The translations under genes and the position numbers were made by a program. From Planctomycetota bacterium (GTDB taxonomy: Bacteria; Planctomycetota; UBA1135; UBA2386): 64,000 nt of DNA. Below the pieces are notes generated by a model. That model saw nothing but the letters and a program-made list of their open reading frames with translations, was not told the origin of the DNA and ran no database searches. Within the stretch, counting starts at the first letter, position 1. Every line of letters begins with the position of its first letter. The stretch spans positions 224,001 through 288,000 of the forward strand of contig OZ245838.1 of the NCBI GenBank assembly GCA_965228735.1, read 5' to 3'. Of the stretch, positions 58,104 through 64,000 are shown one piece after another.

Positions 58104-59507
58104 ATGTCCATGTCCGACGTCGACAACGACACCACTGGTACGGTCGAGGCCCTCGGCGACGGCCTCAAGGCCACGGTATGCGGCCTGATCGACGGGCTCT
58201 GCGTCGGCGATGACGAGGCCTACGAGAGCGAGTTCGTCAACCTCGTGGAGAAGGTCGGCGAGTTCGTCGATCGCAAGCTCCGCATGGAGGGGACGAAGAC
58301 GGCGACGCGCGACTTCCTCGGCGAGCTGCTGTTCACGCGCCTGCGGCGCGGCATGCGCCTGTTCTTGCAGAGCGAGGACGAGGTCGAACCGACGCGCGCG
58401 GCCGAGTGGGTCATGGGCGCGCTGTTCTCCGCGACGACGCTCACCGAGTTCGCGCGGGCGTTCGACAAGGTCCTGCTCGGCACGCAGTCGGGGAACACGG
58501 ACTTCAACTTCGCCGGCCGCACCGACTTCATCTCCGTCGAGGAGGTGATGCAGATGCTGTCGTCGGGCAAGCGCATCGGCTGCCTCAGCCTCGAGAAGGA
58601 CGACAACCGGCTCGACATCTACCTCAAGGACGGCCGCATCTTCTTCCTCGATCCGCACCAGGTCGTGCGCCGCGTGATGCCGGGGAACGACGCGATGTCG
58701 CACCGCGAGATCACCGAGGCGCAGGTTGCCGCGGCGGAGGCCGAACGCAAGAAGAGCGGGCAGCCCGCGATCCTCGCCTTGTGGGAAGTCGGCGTCTTCC
58801 AGGGCATGGATCAGCTCGCGATCCTGCGGCAGTTCGGCAAGGAAGTGCTGTTCGACTTCATGCGGTCGCAGGAGCCGTACGCGTTCTACTACCGCAGCCT
58901 CGAGGAGCTGCCGGAGTTCGCGATCGAGTACGACATCCGCGTCGGTGTCACGTCGCTGCTGCTCGAGGGCAGCAAGCAGATCGACGACTGGCAGCAGATG
59001 CTCGCGGTGATCCCGGATCCCGACGCGTCGCTCGAACCCAAGTCCGACATGTTCGCGCGCATGAGCGACGTCGCGCTCGGCGTGCTCGAGCTCAAGCTCG
59101 TGTCGCAGATCAACGGCGACACGTCGCCGCGGTCGCTCGTCGGGTCGCTCGGGCTGCCGCTGTTCGACATCTACATGCTGCTCATCAAGCTCAGCAAGGA
59201 CGGCGTGATCGCCGTGCCGGGCGGTGACGCGGCGGTGGCGTCCCTGACGCTCAGCGTCGAGGATTCGATGCAGGAGGCGTTCGCCGCGCTCGACGCGAAC
59301 GACGACGAGAGCCAGCGCCAGAGCGCGATCGACCGCGTGTTCGGCGACAGCGGCGACGGGGACGGCCTCGACGTCCTCGGCGGCACGGCGGCGAGTGCGC
59401 TCGATGCGGTCCTCGGCGGCGAGAGCAAGCCCGAGAGCGGCGACGACGACAACGACGGCGAACTGGACAAGGACCTGCTGTCGATCCTGCGGCGCACGCA
59501 GGACTGA
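58104..59507 (+). CDS. DUF4388 (PatA-N-like) domain protein with acidic tail
   Basis: FAGRTDFISVEEVMQML...KRIGCL...IYLKDGRI, SLLLEGSKQIDDW; RBS GAGGA. Confidence 0.75.
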   Translation: MSMSDVDNDTTGTVEALGDGLKATVCGLIDGLCVGDDEAYESEFVNLVEKVGEFVDRKLRMEGTKTATRDFLGELLFTRLRRGMRLFLQSEDEVEPTRAAEWVMGALFSATTLTEFARAFDKVLLGTQSGNTDFNFAGRTDFISVEEVMQMLSSGKRIGCLSLEKDDNRLDIYLKDGRIFFLDPHQVVRRVMPGNDAMSHREITEAQVAAAEAERKKSGQPAILALWEVGVFQGMDQLAILRQFGKEVLFDFMRSQEPYAFYYRSLEELPEFAIEYDIRVGVTSLLLEGSKQIDDWQQMLAVIPDPDASLEPKSDMFARMSDVALGVLELKLVSQINGDTSPRSLVGSLGLPLFDIYMLLIKLSKDGVIAVPGGDAAVASLTLSVEDSMQEAFAALDANDDESQRQSAIDRVFGDSGDGDGLDVLGGTAASALDAVLGGESKPESGDDDNDGELDKDLLSILRRTQD

Positions 59508-59512
59508 CCCGG

Positions 59513-60616
59513 TCAGTCCCCCGGGCGGTCGGCAGCCGCGGCGTAGGCGGCGGCGTGCGCGCGGGCGCAACGTTCCCAGGAGAACTGCGCCGCTCGTTCC
59601 CGCCCGCGGGTGCGCAGCTGTCGCGCGGTCGCGTCGTCGGTGAGGATGCCGGTGAGCGCGTCGGTGACGGCGGTGACCGAGAGCTCAGGCAACCGGACCG
59701 CGGCGTCACCACACAGCTCGGGCAGCGAGCTGATGTCACTGATCACCGTCGGCACGCCGGCGGCGAGCGCGTCCGCGACGGCGAAGCCGAAGCCCTCGTA
59801 GGCCGACGGTGACGCGAACGCCGCGGCCTCGGCGTAGACCGCGGGCAGGTCGTCGGCGCTCACGTGCTCGAGCCACAGCGCGGTGTCGTCGCGCTCGATC
59901 TCGGCAATGGCCGCGTCGCTGAGCCAGCCGCGGCGCCCGACGACGAGGGCCTGGTGCGGCAGTCCGCGAGCGCGCAGCTCGCGAACGGCGGCGACGACGA
60001 GGTCGACGTTCTTGCGCGCCTGGATCGTCCCGACGTGCAGCACGTAATGCTCGGGCAGTCCGAGTCGCGCCCGCACCTCGGCCCGGGTCGCGGCGTCGAT
60101 CGCGGGCGCCGGATCGATGCCGTGTGGGATCACCTCGAGGCGGTCCGCTGCCGCCGGGAACACCGCGCGCATGTCCTGCGCCGTGGCCTCGGACGGCACG
60201 ACGATCCGCCGGGCCCGGCGCGCCGCGTCCCGCGTCGCCCGCCGCAGGAATGTCCGGGACCAGAACCCGAACGTCTCCGGCCGCGTGAAGTACGCGAGGT
60301 CGTGCACCGTGACGACGCTCGGCACCGGGCACCGCCGCGGCAGCGCGTTCTTGGTGTCGTGGTAGACGTCCGGTCGCACCTCGCGCAGCGCGCGCGGCAC
60401 CGCGAAGTGCTGCCAGCGCAGGCGGTCGATGCCGCCCTTCATCGGCAGCTCCACGACGTCGGCCTTGGCCGCGGCGAAGTACTGCGGCCGGTCCGTGAGC
60501 ACCGTCACCCGCAGGTCGTCGACGTGCGCCAGCGCCTCGACGAGCCGCCGCCCGTACGTGGCCGGGCCGCCGGTCGTGCCGCAGAGGCAGGCGATGGCGA
60601 CGTGCAGTGGGGGCAT
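59513..60616 (-). CDS. Glycosyltransferase family 4
   Basis: VTVHDL, VGTIQARKN, PSAYEGFG, FSWERCA. Confidence 0.92.
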   Translation of the reverse strand: MPPLHVAIACLCGTTGGPATYGRRLVEALAHVDDLRVTVLTDRPQYFAAAKADVVELPMKGGIDRLRWQHFAVPRALREVRPDVYHDTKNALPRRCPVPSVVTVHDLAYFTRPETFGFWSRTFLRRATRDAARRARRIVVPSEATAQDMRAVFPAAADRLEVIPHGIDPAPAIDAATRAEVRARLGLPEHYVLHVGTIQARKNVDLVVAAVRELRARGLPHQALVVGRRGWLSDAAIAEIERDDTALWLEHVSADDLPAVYAEAAAFASPSAYEGFGFAVADALAAGVPTVISDISSLPELCGDAAVRLPELSVTAVTDALTGILTDDATARQLRTRGRERAAQFSWERCARAHAAAYAAAADRPGD

Positions 60617-60649
60617 GGGTGGAGCGGGTGTGGGCGTTGTCGCCGCGCG

Positions 60650-62014
60650 TCAGCGGCGCACGAAGCTCGCGAGCCACAGGTCGCGGGCATAGGGTCTATC
60701 GGCAGCGACGCGATGGCGCCGGAAGCCCGCGCGTTCGAACTCGCGCGTGACGGCGCCCAGCGTGCGCGCGAACCGGGTCGGTGGTTCGCCGGTCAGGCGC
60801 CGGAGCTGGCGCCGCAGGTGGTGGGCGCTGCATGGGTGGAAGAAGCTCACGACGACGAAGCGGCGCGCGACGCGGCAGCACTCGGCGATCGCCCGTTTGC
60901 TCGCGTCGGGCGGCAGGTGGTGCAGGAAGCGGAACTGCACGACGCCGTCGACCGCGCCGTCGCGAAGCGGCACGGCGAGCGCGTCGGACAGCAGCAGCCG
61001 GTCCGTAGCGTGGGCCGCGCGGGCCTGCTGCAGCATCGCGAGCGCGCCGTCGCCGAGCGTGACCTCGTGGCCGAGCTCGTCGCGGAGCCACGGGAGCAGC
61101 CGCGCCGCGCCGCACGGCAGGTCGAGCACCGACTCGCCGCGTTGGCCGGGCCAGACGCGGCGCAGCAGCGCCGCCTCGCGTTCCTGACGCCGCGGGTTGC
61201 GCGTCGCGTAGGCCGCGCTCTTGCCCGCGCGTTCGTAGCGCCTGGCCGTCCAGAGCGGCGGCAGGGCGGCGAGCACGGCGCGCGCGTCATTGCGGCCAGC
61301 GGCGCGGATGAGTCGGACGGCGAACGGCAGGGCGATCACCGGTGCGGCAGCGGGCGTGCCGCGACAGCTGCGGGCGAAGCGCCGCAGGACGCGCCGCAGC
61401 AGGCGCCGGTCGGCCGGGCCCGGTCGACCGATGCCGCCGTTGTGCAGGTCGAGGACGCCGAACGTGCCGGGCTCGCCGGCCGCCGCCGCTGCCGAGCCCG
61501 ATGGCGAGAAGACGTGATCGGGCGCGAGGTCCGGCAGCCGAAAGCCGGCGCCGAGGAGTTGCCCGCAGAATCGCGCGGCCGCGCGCGCGAGGCCAGGGTG
61601 TTGCGACGGCGTCGCGAGCGCCGCGGTCAGCGGTGTGCCGGGCAGCTCCGCGCACAGATAGAACGACGCCGGTCCCCGCCGGCCCCAGGCGACGGGTCGC
61701 GGAGCGGCGATGCCCGCAGCTCGCAGCGCCTGCGTGACCCGCAGCTCACGTTCGGCGTCGCTGCCGGCCGTCGGGCGGGTCAGGCGGAAGCGCAGTCGGT
61801 TCTTCGGCTGCGTCGCGGCGAACGTCTTGAGGAAGTAGGCCCGCTCGTTCCCGGCACTCAGACGCACGACGTGGCGCAGTCGGTTGTCCGGTCCCGCCGG
61901 TCGTGACGGCTGCGCGAGCGTCGTCGCCAGCGTCGCGAACCACTCGCGTTCGCGCGCGTCGTCGGTCAACACCTCCCAGGCGTCGGTTCGGTGGTCGCTC
62001 TCTGGTTCGGTCAA
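60650..62014 (-). CDS. LPS-kinase-like (WaaP/Kdo) plus class I SAM methyltransferase fusion
   Basis: YFLKTF, AERE, LPDLAPDHVF and VLDLH in the N-half; VLDLPCGAAR and FRFLHHL in the C-half; TTG start assumed. Confidence 0.72.
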   Translation of the reverse strand: MTEPESDHRTDAWEVLTDDAREREWFATLATTLAQPSRPAGPDNRLRHVVRLSAGNERAYFLKTFAATQPKNRLRFRLTRPTAGSDAERELRVTQALRAAGIAAPRPVAWGRRGPASFYLCAELPGTPLTAALATPSQHPGLARAAARFCGQLLGAGFRLPDLAPDHVFSPSGSAAAAAGEPGTFGVLDLHNGGIGRPGPADRRLLRRVLRRFARSCRGTPAAAPVIALPFAVRLIRAAGRNDARAVLAALPPLWTARRYERAGKSAAYATRNPRRQEREAALLRRVWPGQRGESVLDLPCGAARLLPWLRDELGHEVTLGDGALAMLQQARAAHATDRLLLSDALAVPLRDGAVDGVVQFRFLHHLPPDASKRAIAECCRVARRFVVVSFFHPCSAHHLRRQLRRLTGEPPTRFARTLGAVTREFERAGFRRHRVAADRPYARDLWLASFVRR

Positions 62015-62096
62015 GGTCTGGCCGCCGACCCTACCGCGCGGGCGCGCGCGTCGCACCAAGCTTGCCGCGTCCGCCTCCGCGTCGCATGATCGCTCC

Positions 62097-63338
62097 ATGC
62101 CGAAGTTCGAGGCGACGCGCGACTTCATCCACGATCTGCCCAAGTCCGACCTTCACCTGCACCTCGACGGCAGCTTGCGGCTCGACACGCTGATCGAGCT
62201 CGCGAAGAAGAAGAAGGTCAAGCTGCCGAGCAGCACGTCCGACGGGCTGCTCGAGCTCGTGTTCAAGCGGGCCTACAAGAACCTGCCCGAGTATCTGCGC
62301 GGGTTCGAGTTCACGGTCGCGTGCCTGCAGGACGCCGAGTCGCTCGAACGCGCGGCCTACGAGCTCGCGATCGACTGCCGCGCGGAGAACGTGTTCTACT
62401 GCGAGGTGCGGTTCGCGCCGCAGCTGCACAGCAGCTCCGAGTTCCCCGTCAGCAAGGTGCTCGCGGCCGTCTGCAAGGGGCTCGAGCGCGCCAAGAAGCG
62501 GATCAACGCGGCGGCCGACGTGCGGCGCGGCGCGGTGCCGCGCTTCGAGTGCGGGGTGATCGTCTGTGCGATGCGGTTCTTCCTGCCCGTGTTCAGCGCG
62601 CAGTATCGCGCCTACTTCGAGGCGTTGCCGAGCGCGCCGGCGAACGAGATCCACGCCCTCGCGTCGCTCGAGCTCGCGCGCGCCGCGGTGGCCGCAGCGG
62701 AGTCCGGGCTGCCCGTCGTCGGGCTCGACCTCGCGGGGCAGGAGCGCGGCTTCCCGGCCAAGGACCACCTCGCCGCGTATCAGCTCGCGCACGACCACTT
62801 CCTCGGCAAGACCGTGCACGCGGGCGAGGACTACGGTCCCGAGTCGATCTTCCAGGCCATCACGGACCTGCACGCGGACCGCATCGGGCACGGCACGTGG
62901 CTCTTCAGCACGCGTCACATCCGCGCTCGGTCGATCGCAGACAAGAAGCGCTATGTCGAACGGCTCGTACGCTACGTCGCCGACCGCCGCATCACGCTGG
63001 AGGTCTGCCTCACGAGCAACCAGCAGACGATCCCCGAGCTGCGCAAGGACCTCTCGAAGCACCCGTTCAAGAAGATGCGGCGCGCGCGCTGCAGCGTCGC
63101 GCTCTGCACCGACAACCGCCTCGTGTCACGCACGACGATGACGGACGAGGTGGAGAAGGCCGCGACGACGTTCAAGCTCGGCGCCCGCGGGCTCAAGGAC
63201 GTGCTGATCTACGGCTTCAAGCGCAGCTTCTTCCACGGCAGCTACGCCGAGAAGCGCGACTGGGTGCGCTCGGTCCTCAACTACCTCGAGGACAAGCTGC
63301 TCGCCGCGGGGCAGGACGTGCGCGGTGGCCGGCGGTAG
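62097..63338 (+). CDS. add: Adenosine deaminase family protein
   Basis: LPKSDLHLHLDGS, TVHAGE, RIGHG, LEVCLTSN, CTDN. Confidence 0.93.
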   Translation: MPKFEATRDFIHDLPKSDLHLHLDGSLRLDTLIELAKKKKVKLPSSTSDGLLELVFKRAYKNLPEYLRGFEFTVACLQDAESLERAAYELAIDCRAENVFYCEVRFAPQLHSSSEFPVSKVLAAVCKGLERAKKRINAAADVRRGAVPRFECGVIVCAMRFFLPVFSAQYRAYFEALPSAPANEIHALASLELARAAVAAAESGLPVVGLDLAGQERGFPAKDHLAAYQLAHDHFLGKTVHAGEDYGPESIFQAITDLHADRIGHGTWLFSTRHIRARSIADKKRYVERLVRYVADRRITLEVCLTSNQQTIPELRKDLSKHPFKKMRRARCSVALCTDNRLVSRTTMTDEVEKAATTFKLGARGLKDVLIYGFKRSFFHGSYAEKRDWVRSVLNYLEDKLLAAGQDVRGGRR

Positions 63339-63382
63339 GGGATCGACCGGGCGCCTGCGGCTCGATATCGTGTCCGGCGCTC

Positions 63383-64000
63383 ATGAGGAACTCGGTTCGC
63401 GTCGGTCTCCTGACCGTGTTCACGACCACGCTGGGGGCGCAGTCCCCGGGGGGCGCCAACCTCGTCGGCGTGACCCCGGCGCGGGAGTTCGTCGCCGTCA
63501 ATCTGGCGAACGGACTCGCTACCGTCTTGGCGCCGTATCCCCAGATGCCGGAGATGGTCGCGATGGCGTTGCTCAACGGGGCATACTACGGCAGCCTGGA
63601 CAACTGGTTCGTGACGGTCGATCCGGCCGCTGGCGTGGTGACGCCGGTCAACACGTTTCAGCCCGCCGGCGTGCGGATCAACTCGATGGCGGCCGATCCG
63701 ACGTCCGGCGTGCTCTACGGTCTCGACAGCTGGCAGAATCCGCCGCGGCTGTACCAGATCGACCCGGCGACCGGCGCGACGCAGTTCGTTGGCGACACGG
63801 GCCTCGCCAACCGAACGCAGCGGGGTCTCGCCATCGATTCGGCCGGCAATGCCTATGCGTGGGACACGGGGCCGCAGGGCACGTTGACCGGACGCGGCCT
63901 CGTCGCGATCGATCTCACGACCGGCGTTGCGACCGACGTCAACCCGCTCGAGAACGGGCTCGGTGTCACCGACATGGCCTTCGCCGGGGAGGTGCTGTAC
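63383..64000 (+). CDS. Secreted beta-propeller protein (3'-truncated; absent from the ORF track)
   Basis: MRNSVRVGLLTVFTTTLGAQ signal; blade repeats FVTVDPAAG, LYQIDPATG, LVAIDLTTG; open to the window end. Confidence 0.8.
   Translation, partial: MRNSVRVGLLTVFTTTLGAQSPGGANLVGVTPAREFVAVNLANGLATVLAPYPQMPEMVAMALLNGAYYGSLDNWFVTVDPAAGVVTPVNTFQPAGVRINSMAADPTSGVLYGLDSWQNPPRLYQIDPATGATQFVGDTGLANRTQRGLAIDSAGNAYAWDTGPQGTLTGRGLVAIDLTTGVATDVNPLENGLGVTDMAFAGEVLY

Noticed and set aside
42719..63338. dcd, SMUG1 and add (plus dnaE2) as a nucleotide-depletion or uracil defence system
   Set aside because: Scattered over tens of kb among unrelated housekeeping genes; each resembles a standard metabolic or repair enzyme

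Overview
High-GC bacterial chromosomal segment, most likely from a Planctomycetota-like organism. That assignment is inferred from the RpoN box variant ARRTVTKYR and the style of the secreted proteins, and was not tested by search. I read about 50 real genes; most other long ORFs in the track are GC-rich antisense or shadow frames. Housekeeping and stress genes: the 3' part of dnaE2, dmpA, a MacB-type ABC exporter with an MFS gene, USP plus a LonC-like protease, a solo dynamin-like GTPase, korAB, sahR-ahcY with a 20-bp operator, lepB, HDOD plus PP2C, rpoN, two ECF sigma factors, dcd, fadE, amidases, SMUG1 and add. The most unusual items are: (1) an exported protein that appears to hold two tandem N3+secretin-like modules, lying in a co-directional gspF-like / ECF sigma / zinc anti-sigma / secretin-like / rpoN cluster; (2) a shared ~120-aa domain at the N- or C-terminus of four secreted proteins, a candidate lineage-specific sorting or display module; (3) a lower-GC islet where an intact IS256 (24-bp IRs, 8-bp target duplication) interrupts a Cys-rich secreted protein that can be rebuilt across the IS and a C7 frameshift; (4) an LPS-kinase/methyltransferase fusion next to a GT4; (5) a TMTC-like glycosyltransferase facing two six-repeat secreted paralogues; (6) a perfect 33-bp REP-like inverted pair; and (7) repeated -10-like hexamers 6-7 nt before start codons, suggesting leaderless mRNAs. 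No tRNA, rRNA or CRISPR array was seen.
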